From Squalus acanthias (taxonomy: Eukaryota): DNA of 64,000 bases. The stretch lies in NCBI GenBank assembly GCA_030390025.1, contig CM059431.1:156428001-156492000 (forward strand). Reading direction: 5' to 3'. The notes beneath the pieces are model-generated. The model did no database searches. It saw only the letters and a list, made by a program, of their open reading frames with translations, and was not told where the DNA came from. Each line of letters opens with the position of its first letter. The first letter of the stretch is position 1. The position numbers were made by a program, and so were the translations under genes. Positions 26,599 through 38,039 of the stretch are shown one piece after another.

Positions 26599-27038
26599 GG
26601 CAACACGGTGGCATAGTGGTTAGCACTGGTGCCTCACAGCGCCAGAGACCCGGGTTCGAATCTGACCTCGGGTGACTGTGTGGAGTTTGCACATTCTCCC
26701 CGTGTCTGCGTGGGTTTCCTCCGGGTGCTCCGGTTTCCTCCCACAGTCCAAAAATGTGTGGGTTAGGTTGATTTGGCTATGATAAATTGACCCTTAGTGT
26801 TAGGGGGGATTAAATATGTGGGGTTATGGGGATAGGATGGGATAGGATGGGATATGTTAGGGGGAATTAAATACATGGGGTTACGGGGGTACGGTGGGAT
26901 ATGTGTACTGTGGGGATTAAAGCAGGGACAGGGTACTGGATTTGGATGATCAGCCATGATCGTATTGAATGGCGGAGCAGGCTCGACGGGCCGAATGGCC
27001 TACTCCTGCTCCTAGATTCTATGTTTCTATGTTTCTAT
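26599..27038 (+). mobile_element. HE1-like V-SINE, second copy
   Basis: Near-identical to 900-1322; ends TTCTATGTTTCTATGTTTCTAT. Confidence 0.88.
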
Positions 27039-27775
27039 AACCGCAGACAATCTGTACCTTGAAATAATGAGCTAATTCACAGTACTTTGTTTATTCACAT
27101 TTGTGTAACATAACTGAGGAGATATTGGACAAATTGAGAAGATTCACTTCATAGATTAGTTAGGGTTTTTTTTAAGAAATGGGACATTATGACATTCCTG
27201 GGGAGAGAGGATGTGGCCTCGGGAGATGCCACTGAGCATTGTGCCGAAGTAGGGGTGGGATTAAAGAAGACGTAGAATGGAAGAAAAGACGTGGATATGT
27301 TCAGTAGAAATTGTTTAAATCCGCGCCACCTGCAGTGGCTCAATCGAGTTGGATGGTTTACTGGAAACGCACGGCCGATTTGATAGAGAACCGGCGGAAA
27401 ATCTCGGCAATGATCGTAGGGAAATTCCTACAGTTAATTTTTATATGCCAGTTAATGCCAGTTAATTTATTCACATGGCATTTGAAGTATGTGGTTATTA
27501 CAGTTTTGATCTAGCTTCAGGTTTTCCACTGGGACTGTAATGAGGACGCCTGATGCTTGCGCTGCTCGCTGTGTCGTTTCGAGGGATCTTGGCTACTGGA
27601 ATTACATTAACTGCAAGAAGTTTCGCAGTGAATTCTCAGAGCTGATTTCAGTGGTGATCCCCAGGTTACTCATGGTGGCAGAACGCCGAAGGCAATGCCA
27701 TTGAATGTCAACAGCAATTGGTTATAATTTATCTATTTGCAGGCAGCAAGTACCTGGGACTTCGGCGGCATAAAT

Positions 27776-30700
27776 AAGAACATAAGAACATAAGAAATAG
27801 GAGAAGGAGTAGGCCAATCGGCCTCTCGAGCCTGCTCCGACATTCAATAAGATCATGGCTGATCTGATCCTAAGCTCAAATCTAAAGAACACAAGAAGTA
27901 GGAGCAGGACCCGGCCACTCAGCCCCTGGGCCCGCTCCGTCACCCACAGGGCCTTGACCGATCCGAACTCAGCCTCATGTCCAATTTCCTGCCCGCTATC
28001 CGTAAACCCTAATTCCCTTTACTTCTAGGAAACTGTCTATCTCTGTTTTAAATGTATTTAAAAATGTAGCTTCCACAACATCCTGGGGCAGCAAATTCCA
28101 CAGATCCACTACCCTCTGAGTGAAGAAGTTTCTCCGCATCTCAGTTTTGAAAGAGCAGCCCCTTATTCTAAGTTTATGCCCCCTAGTTCTAGTTTCACCC
28201 AACCTTGGGAACAACCATACCGCATCCACCCGATCAAGCCCCTTCACAATCTTGTATGTTTCAATAAGATCGCCTCTCATTCTTTTGAACTACAATGAGT
28301 AGAGTCCCAATCTACTCAACCTCTCCTAATATGTCCAGCCCCTCATCCCCGGGATTAACCGAGTGAACCTTCTTTGTACTACTTCGAGTGCAAGTATGTA
28401 TTTTCTTAAGTATGGACACCAAAACTGTATGCAGTATTCCAGGTGCGGTCTCACCAATACCTTATATAACTGCAGCAACACCTCACTGTTTTTATAATCT
28501 AGCACCCAAGCAATAAAAGCCAACATTCCGTTGGCCTTCTTGATCACCTGCTGCACCTGCATACTAACTTTTTGATTTTCTTGCACTAGGACCCCCAGAT
28601 CCCTTTGTACTGCAGTACTTTCCAGTTTCTCGCCATTAAGATAATAACTTGGTCTCTGATTTTTCCTGCCAAAGTGCATAACCTCACATTTTCCAATATT
28701 TTATTGCATCTGCCAAGTCTCCGCACACTCACCCAGCCTGTCTATATCCCCTTCTAGGATTTGTATGTCCTCCTCACTTTCTACTTTCCCTCCCATCTTT
28801 ATAACATCTGCAAACTTTGATATGTTACACTCGGTCCTCTCCTCCAAATCGTTAATATAGATGGTAAAGAGTTGGGAAACCAGCACCGACCCCTGCGGAA
28901 CACCACTGTCTACTGGTTCCCAGTCCGAGAATGAACCATTTATCCCAACTTTCTGCTTCCTGTTAGATAACCAATCCTCCACCCATTCCAGAATATTACC
29001 CCAAATCCAGTGATTTTTTATCTTGAGCAATAATCGTTTATGTGGCACCTTGTCGAATGCCTTCTGGAAGTCTAAATTCACTATGTCCACTGGTTCCCCT
29101 TTATCCACCCTGTACGTTATGTCTTCAAAGAACTCAAGCAAATTTGTCAGACATGACTTCCCCTTCATAAAGCCATGCTGACTATGTCCTATTAAATTAT
29201 GTTTATTTAAATGTTCCATTACTGTCTCCTTAATAATAGACTCCAAAATTTTACCCACCACAGATTTTAGGCTAACGGGTCTATAATTTCCAGCCTTCTG
29301 CTTGCTACTCTTTTTAAATAAGGGTGTTACATTAGCAGTTTTCCAATCTGCCGGGACCTTTGCTGAGTCCAGGGAATTTTGGAAAATTATTACCAAAGCA
29401 TCCACAATCCCTACTGCCACTTCCTTCAAGACCCATGGATGCAAGCCATCAGGTCCAGGGGATTTACTCGCCTTGAGTCCCATTATTTTACTGAGTACCA
29501 ATTTCTTAGTGATTTTAATTGTATTTAGCTCCTCCCCCCCTAGAGCCCCCTGTTTGTCCAGTGTTGGGATATTCTTATTTTCCTCTACCGTAAAGTCTGA
29601 AACAGAATGGCCTGAAAATTAAACCTAATACGCAAGAGTACGCATTGTGTACTCTCGCGTATTCGATCCCGAATTGCCGGTTTCCTGCATGCACTGCGCA
29701 TGCGCGGAAAACCGGCACTTCGTGAATTGCAAAGGGGGCGGTTCCTAAGTGAACCGTTTGCGCGCTACAGGCTGTGCGCACGCAGTGCACTTCGTTTTGT
29801 TTCAGCTTTGAATGCGCAGGCAAGTGGTGAAGATTTTACACACAAAGAAAACAGGCGTAGGACCCCCTTTTGACCAGGTAAGTAGTTAATTAAGTGTTAT
29901 TTTAAATTTTTTTCAACAGGTTTATCTTTTTTAGAGACTTTAAAGAAAGGTAAGTTTATTTTTAGAACATTTAAAAAGATTTTTAAATTTTTCAAAATGT
30001 TTTTGGTTAAAGTGGTTAATTTATTTCACTATACTTATTTTATTAATGTGTTGGCTTTTTTAAAAATTTAATTGAGGTTTAGCTGTTCTTTTTGGGGTTT
30101 GTAGTATTCATAGCTTTGACAGCTCTTGCCGTCAAAACTATGAATGAAAGATGGTGTGCTGCCATTGTCTCCAACTAAATCACTTGATCCCAGAGCTCGC
30201 ACGAACTAATTGCGCCTTTGGGACACGCACACACTGCACGGTTGCAACAGGGAGAGGCTTTGAATCTAAAGTTCGTGTGAATGTTTGTTCAACATTTCTG
30301 ACATCTCCGTGTTTCCCACCTTTAATTTCCCGGTCTCATCCTCTAAGGGACCTACGTTTCCCCAAGCCACCCTTTTTTATTTTTATATAATTATAGAAAC
30401 TCTTGCTATCTGCTTTTATAGTTTTTGCTAATTTATTTTCTTAATCTATCTTCCGTTTCTCAATCAATCCTTTAGTTACTTTTTGCTGTCTTTTGAACAC
30501 TTCCCAATCTTCTATCCTCCCACTAAGGTTGGTTACCTTATATGTTCTGTTTTTTAGTCGGATACTATCCTTAATTTCTTTACTTAGCCAAGGATGGCTA
30601 TCATTTCTCTTACACCCTTTTTTCCTGAGTGGAATATATATTTTTTGAGAGTTGTAAAGTAACTCCTTAAATGAAAACCACTGCTCATGTACCGTCTTAC

Positions 30701-31903
30701 CCTTTAATCTATTTTCCCAGGCCACTTTAATCAATTCCGCCCTCATACCATAATCGTCTCCTTTATTCAAGCTCAGTACGCTTGTTTGAGAAGCAAACTT
30801 CTCACCCTCTAATTGGATAAGGAATTCAACCATGTTATGGTCACTCATTCCAAGTGGATCCTTAACTAGGACATTATTAATCCTGACTCATTACACAGGA
30901 CCAGGTCCAAGTTTGCTTGGCCCCTTGTATGATCAGTTACATACTGCTCCAGAAATCCATCAATAATACAGTGAATAAATTCTTCTTCAACGCTGCCCTG
31001 CCCAATTTGATTTGTCCAGTTAATATGATAGTTAAAATCCCCCATAATTATAGCTGTTCCCTTATTACATGCCCCAACTATTTCCTCATTAATACATCTT
31101 CCAGCAGAGTTGCAACTATTAGAAGGCCTATATACTACTCCCACTAGTGTTTTTTGCCCCTTATTATTCCTTATCTCCACCCAAACTGTTTCATTATCCT
31201 GATCCTTTGACCCAATATCATTTCTCTGTATTACAGTGATTCCTTCCTTTATTAACATAGCCACCCCACCTCCCCTTCCTTCCTGCCTGTCCTTCCTGAT
31301 TATTAAATACCCTGACATATTTAATTCCCAGTCGTTGTCACCCTGCAGCCATGTTTCTGTAATGGCCACAAGATCATACCCATACGTAGTTATTTGTGCC
31401 GTTAACTCATCCATTTTGTTACGAATGCTACGTGCATTCAGATAAAGAAATTTCAAATATGTTTTGTGACACTTAGTTCCTGCTTTTTCCTTTTTTACCC
31501 CTATAACTTTTACTCCGTACCTTCTGTCCCTTCCTGACACGCTTTCCTCTGTCTCCCTGCTCAGGTGCCCAACCCCCTGCCACTTTAGTTTAAACCCTCC
31601 CCAACAGCACTCGCTAACACTCCCCCTAGGACAGCGGTCCCGGCCCTGCCCAGGTGCAGGCCGGCCGGATTGTACTGGTCCCACCTCCTCCAGAACCGGT
31701 TCCAATGTCCCAGGAATTTGAATCCCTCCCCCTTGCATCATTCCTCTAGCCACGTATTCATTTGAAATATTCTGCCATTTCTACTCTGACTAGCACGTGG
31801 CACTAGTAGGAATCCTGAGATTACTACCTTTGAGGTCCTACTTTTTAATTTACCTGCTAACTCCCTATATTCTGCTTTTAGGACCTCATTACCTTTTTTA
31901 TCT
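27776..31903 (-). mobile_element. CR1 LINE (ORF1 end to 3' tail), multiple stops, with a double 3' tail and candidate TSD ATAAAT
   Basis: ORFs 30866..31753 (APE), 30441..30848, 28701..29501 (RT), 28326..28679, 27996..28280; ATAAAT at 27770-27775 and 31904-31909. Confidence 0.93.
29610..30278. mobile_element. Non-autonomous (MITE-like) insertion in CR1 ORF2
   Basis: Interrupts CR1 codons LNKH|SVS; GAATG duplicated at 29605-29609 and 30279-30283; internal hairpins at 29675-29716 and ~30106-30144. Confidence 0.65.
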
Positions 31904-32369
31904 ATAAATGTTACCTTTCACTTATCGGCCCAAACCCGGATGTTGACCAGTTCTTGCTTCATGCGGGCATGAACTGCCTCATTTACTGATTAATTGCGAA
32001 TGGAACTGAACAGTGTGCAGCGATCAGCGAGGAGCACCAATTCTGAATTTTTGAAGGAAGGTCAATGATGAAGCAGCTGACGAGAATTATGCCTAGCTGG
32101 CTACCGTTTAAAAATCAAGGTTAGTCCATGACATCCTGTACTCTTATTACGGATGTATTCATTGAAAGTTCCAGGAAGAATAATTTGACAGAGAGATATT
32201 TCAGAAGAGCACACATGTTGTTTACACAATTTCAGGGTGGCTACTGAGGTTAATTAAGTATAGCATAAAGTATTACTTATATCGTTAATTGCACAGAACA
32301 ATGTCTGTCTAAACAGTCATTCATATGACTCATTTAACACAATACGATTCGAAGATATATGAAGCATAC

Positions 32370-32503
32370 CTCATGATCTGTTTCAGTAAATATTTTTGCC
32401 TTTACAAACGACTGACTAACGTCCTCCACTACCGGTTCAATTGACTGTTCTAGTCTCTGACGGTAGAGAAGGATCATTCTGCGCAGATCGATATCCGATG
32501 TTT
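32370..32503 (-). CDS. NLR N-terminal helical (death-fold/CARD-like, inferred) domain exon A
   Basis: ttgacag|AA ACA TCG..CAT GAG|gtatgc; TSDIDLRRMILLYRQRLEQSIEPVVEDVSQSFVKAKIFTETDHE; 134 nt, ends phase 0. Confidence 0.75.
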
Positions 32504-33119
32504 CTGTCAAGGTGTAAATTAGAACAAATCAATATACAATGGCCGCTATGAAACAGTCAATACACTGAACTAACTGCTATCACAACAGCAGTTGTTTAGA
32601 GTCTGTCAAGCAGTGACACGGCCATTGGTATTCAGACTTAACGCTGCCTTTTCTTGCTGGAGTTAAGAGAAACAACCCAGGCCTTTCAACATTTGGTCGC
32701 TGTTTAAAATAATTAAGAATTAGAGAGGTGGAAGCACATAGGAACCTATTCCAGTCAGTGGGGATGGATTCTATGTCTGGAATCTGGAGCTGATGAACCG
32801 ATACATTGAGGACTACAACAAGGGGAGAGGAGGGACTGGAGTGCAACAGAGAGGAAGTGAAGATGTTTTTAGAGACAAGGTGGGCGAGGGATTTGCAGAT
32901 GAATAGGAGTATTTCACAAATGATCAACGTGGGATAAGGAATCAAAGGTCAGTTAATGATGGCATTACGGATCCGTGGAACTAAGGGTTTATTTGAATCG
33001 GAGTAGTGGAGCTCTGTCCAAGCTGAAATTTATAACGGGCTGTGCCAAAGGTCGTTTAAAGAATTGAGTCTAAAACTCACACAAGCATGCATAAAGTAAC
33101 ATCATTCAGTTCCTTCCCA

Positions 33120-33502
33120 TCAACGGTGCACCGTGGCTGCAGAGCGTACCATCTATAAGATGCACTGCGGCAATTCGCCAAGGCTTCTTTGGCAGCAACT
33201 CCTAAACCCGCGACCTCTACCACCTAGAAGGAGAAGTTGAGCAGGCGAATGGGAACACCACCACTTGCAATTTCCCCTCCAAGTCACACACCTTCCTGAC
33301 TTGGAAGTATATCGCCGTTCCTTCGCCGTCGCCTGGACAAAATCCTGGCACACACTCCCAATAGCATTGTGGGAGTACCTTCACCATACGGACTACATCA
33401 TTTCAAGAAAGCTGCTAACAAATACCTTCTCAAGGGCAATTAAGGGAGGGCAATAAATGCTGGCCTTGCCAGCGACGCCCACATCACTTAAATGAATAAA
33501 AA
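33120..33502 (+). mobile_element. 3' end of the second LINE family (as 1813-3612)
   Basis: TATAAGATGCACTGCGGCAATTCGCCAAGGCTTCTT..GGGCAATAAATGCTGGCCTTGCCAGCGACGCCC is the reverse complement of ~1825-2190. Confidence 0.8.
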
Positions 33503-35750
33503 TATATATATTTATATTAAAGCGCATGTCCAGAAAATTAACATATAATTATTTCTGAAGATGATCTGAGATTTCAGGTTACATTTCACAGTGTATCAGG
33601 AGCAGATCAGGTGTGTATGCGGTTTCACAGTGTATCAGGAATAAGCCAGATGCGCGTGGCTTTCAAAGCCTAACGGTATCCTGCCAGGATTGAATGGGGT
33701 TTCAAATTTTATCGGGATAATATCAGCTATCTAAGGGCTGAACTGTGTATACGAATTCTGCCAGGTGTCAAAGAGTCATACGGCACAGAAGGACGCCATT
33801 TGCCGATCGAGCCCGTGCCGGCTGTCTGTAGAGCAATCCAGTCAGTCCCATTCCCCCGCTCTATCACCGTATCACTGCAACTTTATTTCCCTCAAGTGAC
33901 TGTCCAGTCTCCCCCTAAAAACATTGAGTCTCTCCGCTTCCACCACTTCCGTCGGCAGCGACTTCCACGTCATCACCACTCTCTGTGTAAAAAGTTTTTC
34001 CTCACGTACACCCTTTTTCTCTTACACAAAATCTCAAATCTGTGTCCCTAATCCTTCTACCATCAACTAGTAGGAACAGCCTTTCCCCGTCTAGCCTATT
34101 CAAATCCGTCATAATCTTGTACACTTTTATCAAATCACGCCTCAAACTCCTTTGCTCTAATGAAAACAAATCCAGCTTCTCAAACGTGTCCCTGTAGCTA
34201 AGGTCCCCCATCCTTGGAACCATTCTGGTGAATCTCCTCTGCACCGTCTCAAGGGTCTTCAGATCCTCCCTAAAGTGTGGTGACCAGAACTCCAGCTGTG
34301 GCCCAACCAGCACTTTATAAAGGTTCAGCATAAATTCTCTACGTTTGTACACAATACCTCTATTTATGAAGCCCAGGATCCCATCTGCTTTGCTAACCAC
34401 TCTCTCAATATATTCTGCCACCATCAGGGACCTATACACATTAACTACCAGGTCCCTCTTTCACTGCACATTCTTTAAAATTGTGCCATTAAGTGTATAT
34501 TTGTTCCCCCTTTTCCTTCTGCCAAAATGCATCACCTCACATTTCTCTGTAATAAATTCCATCTGCCACTTGTCTGCCCATTCTGCTAGCCTTTCTATGT
34601 CCTGTTGCAGTCGATTGGCATCATATGTAATGTTTGCCATGCCCCCAACTTGGTATCATCGGCAAATATAGAAATTCGAATCAGTATTCCAATATCCAGT
34701 TCATTTCTATATAACATAACGAAGCAGTGGCCCCAGCAATGACTTTTGGGGAACACTACTGTCTACCATCCTCCAGTCTAAAAAACAGCCATTTACTGCA
34801 ACTCACTGATTTCTGTCCTTAAGCCAATTCCTTATCCAAGCTTCCACTGACCCACACATTCCATGAGCTTCAATTGTGTTAACCAATCTTCGATGTGGTA
34901 CTTTGTGAAACGCCTTCCTAAAATCCACGTTGACAACATCCATTTAATTCCCTTCATCAATTCTTTCTGTTACTTCATCAAAAAATTCAATTAGATTATT
35001 CAAACAAGATCTGCCTTTTACAAAAGCAAAATACTGCGGATGCTGGAAATCTGAAAAATCCCCAGAAAATGCTGGAAATACTCAGCAGATCAGGCAACAT
35101 CTGTGGAGATAGTAACAGAGTTAACGTTTCAAGTGTAAATGATACTGGCAGAACGAAAGACAGCTGCCATGTGGGAGAGAAAAATATATATAAAAAAGCA
35201 TAATATAGCCCATTGACTCCCACAGCTACCTGGACTGCACTTCCTCCCACCCCGCTTCCTGTAAGGACTCTATTCCATTCTCCCAGTTTCTCCATCTTCG
35301 CTGCATGTGCTCTGACGATGCCACCTTCCATACCAGTGCTGCGGACATGTCTTCCTTTTTCCTCAGCCGAGGATTGCAGTCTACTGTGGGTGACTGTGTC
35401 TGTTCTATTTCCCGCACTTCTGCTCTCACCCCTTCCCCTCCCTCCCGGAACCACGATAGGAATCACCTTGTATCACCTTTCACCCCACCAGGCTCCACAA
35501 TCAACGGATCATCCTCCGCCATTTCCGCCAGCTCCAGCGTGATCCCACCACACAACACATCTTCCCCTCATCTCCCTTTTCAGCATTCCGACGGGACCGC
35601 TACCTCCGCGATACCCTTGTCCTCTCCTTTATCACCCTCAACACTCCTTCCCCTTCACCCAGCACCTTTGCGTGCAAGCGCAGGAGATGCAATACAAGCA
35701 TTTTTATAACCGGCCTTATAACTGTCCAGGGCCCCAAACAGTCCTTCCAG

Positions 35751-36080
35751 GTGAAACAGCGATTTACTTGTACTTCTTCAAATTTGATATACTCTATTCG
35801 CTGCTCACGATGCAGTCTCCACTACATTTGGGAGAGCAAATGCAGATTGGCTGACCGCTTTGCGGAACACCTCCTTTCAGTAGGTAACGGTAAGCCCGAG
35901 CTTCCTGTCACCTGTCACTTTAATTCTCCACTCCACTCCCACTCAGACCTCACCGTCCTCTGCCTCTTACTCTGTTTCAATGAAGCTCAATCTAAGCTCG
36001 AGGAACAGCACCTCATTTTTCGATTAGGAACTTTACAGCCCACTGGACTCAACACAGAATTCAACAATTTCAGGCCATTA
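35751..36080 (+). pseudogene. Penelope GIY-YIG endonuclease domain remnant
   Basis: RFTCTSSNLIYSIRCSRCSLHYIWESKCRLADRFAEH..HFN..EQHLIFRLGTLQPTGLN (YIG mutated to YIW). Confidence 0.88.
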
Positions 36081-36393
36081 CCTCTGGTCCTATACTTTTT
36101 TTTACCATTTATTTTATTTCATTTTTTTTATTTATTTGTTTTCTCTCTCCCACATGGCAGCTGTCCTTCATTGTGCCAGTGATATTTACACTTCATCTCG
36201 AGAAATCTTTTGTTTCTTTACTTGTTCCATTACCATCTCCTTTTCCTTGAACCATCTCTTAATCTCTCTTAATATCTCTTAATCTCTCCTGCCTTCCATC
36301 CTTTCACAGGCCTTCCCTTTTGTTCTTTCCTTACCTCCCCCCTTTCCCTGCCCCTGCACTTGCTTAAAAACCTGTTCCATCTCCAGCTACTTC

Positions 36394-36432
36394 CAGTTCT
36401 GACGAAGGATCATCGAGCTGAAACGTTGGCTC
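36394..36432 (+). ncRNA. Minimal type I hammerhead ribozyme motif (degenerate) in the Penelope 3' terminus
   Basis: AGTT-CTGACGA-stem II (AGGATC ATC GAGCT)-GAAA-CGTT; the inverted left copy (~35116-35130) preserves GAAACGTTAACT, restoring stem I AGTT/AACT. Confidence 0.65.
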
Positions 36433-38039
36433 TGTTTCTCTCTCCACAGATGCTGCCTGACCTGCTGAGTATTTCCAGCATTTTCTATTTTCATTTCTGC
36501 CTTTTACAAATCCCTGTTGGCTCTCCTTAATTAGTTTATACCTCTCCATTGCCCGTAAAATTTTCCTTGATTATTGCTTCTAAAACTTTACCAACTACTG
36601 ATGTTAAACTGACGGACCTATAGTTACTGGATTGTCCTTACACCCTTTCATTGAACAATGGTGCCACATTTGGCACTTTCCAATCCTCAAGCCCTCCCCC
36701 GCATCTAAGGCAGTTTGGAAAATTATGTCAAGCGCTTCCACTAACTCCGCCCCCAAATTACCTTCTGAACCTGGGATTCAAGCCATCTGGGCCAGGCGAC
36801 TTGTCCACTCTAAGCATACCCAACCTTTTCTAGTACATCCAGTCTGTCAATTTTCACCCCTTCCATTGCTTCTAACTTTTCCACTCCTGCCGATATTTTG
36901 TCAGCATCCACCTCCTTAGTAAACACCGATACAAATTACTCATTGAGTATTTAGCCTTGCCCTGCACCTCCAAGCATCTATCACCTTCTTTGTCTTGAAT
37001 AGGCCCCAGCCCGGTTCTTACTACCCGCTTACTGATTACATGCCGGTAGTAGATTTCTCGGTTCTCTTTTATGTTAAACGCCATTCTACACTCATATTTT
37101 CTCTTTGCCAATCTTATTTTCATCTTCACTTCCCCTCTCAACTTATTGTATTTGGTCTGGTCCTCCCTGTCTTGAAGAATTAACCTGAAATGCATCATAC
37201 ACCCTCTTTTTGTGTTATCATCTTCTCTATCTCCCTCGTCATCCAAGGAGCACTTGCTTTTGTTCCTTTACCATTCCCTCTTGTTGGAATGTACCTAGCC
37301 TGTACTTGGAACATCTTCTCCTTAAAGATTGTTCCGTTACAGATTTTCCTGTCAGTCTTTGGTTCCATTTTACCCTGGCTAGATTGTTTCGCATCCCGTT
37401 GAAGTTAATCCTATTCCGGATTAAAAGCTCCAATCTAGATTTGTCCTTGCTCCTCTCCATTGCTAATCTAATTTTTATGAGACGATGATCACTCATGCCC
37501 CAAATGTTCTCCCACAGACACTTGTTCGACCTGGCCCATCTCATTCCCCAGCACGAGATCCAGCAATGCTTCCTTCCTGTTTGGTCCTGAAACATATTGG
37601 TCAAGGAAATTCTCCTGAACACATTTCAAAAATTCCTCCCCCTCCTTTCCCTATATCCTAGTATTATCCCAATCAATATTTGGGTAACTAAAGTCCCCCA
37701 ATATCACCTCTCGGCAGCTCTTCAATATATCTGCGATATCCCTGCAGATTTGCTGCTCTACCGCCCTCTCACTATTTGGAGGCCTATAGAATAACCCCAA
37801 AAGCGTGATGTTATGCTTTTTGCTCCTCAACTCTAACCAAATGGATTATATCCTTGTCCCCTCAAGAACATCCTCCCTTTCCAACACTACAATGAGTTCC
37901 TTTATCAGCACTGCCACCGCACATCCGTTTTTTCCTTCCTTATCTTTTCTGAACACCATGTAACCTTCAATATTAAGTGCCCAGTCCTCACCGTTTTAAG
38001 CCACGTTACCGTTATTGCCACAACATCATATTTCTACAC

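Larger units (their letters stand above)
20137..32503 (-). pseudogene. NLR (NACHT-LRR, NLRP3/NLRC3-like shark type) gene, at least 6 coding exons, with in-frame stop; first coding exon not located
   Basis: Exons 32503-32370, 25999-25801, 24228-22524, 21020-20934, 20661-20470 and 20224-20137 have AG/GT boundaries with matching phases (0,1,2,2,2); TAA at 23884-23882. Confidence 0.85.
35025..36496 (+). mobile_element. Penelope-like element, 5'-truncated, with inverted copy of its 3' end at the left terminus and 14-bp TSD
   Basis: CTGCCTTTTACAAA at 35011-35024 and 36497-36510; ~35050-35135 inverted to ~36415-36496; ~35135-35200 inverted to ~36120-36192; GIY-YIG ORF. Confidence 0.9.
33771..38038 (-). 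mobile_element. Degenerate CR1 (different subfamily) interrupted by a Penelope-like element
   Basis: ORF pieces 34002..34439, 36364..36549 (ESQQGFVKGR), 36872..37246, 37239..37622 (SDH). Confidence 0.85.

Noticed and set aside
29609..30334. Apparent TIR pair GGCCTGAAAATTAAA / TTTAATTTCCCGGTC
   Set aside because: The right-hand sequence belongs to the host CR1 (codons ETGKL), outside the insertion boundary at 30278
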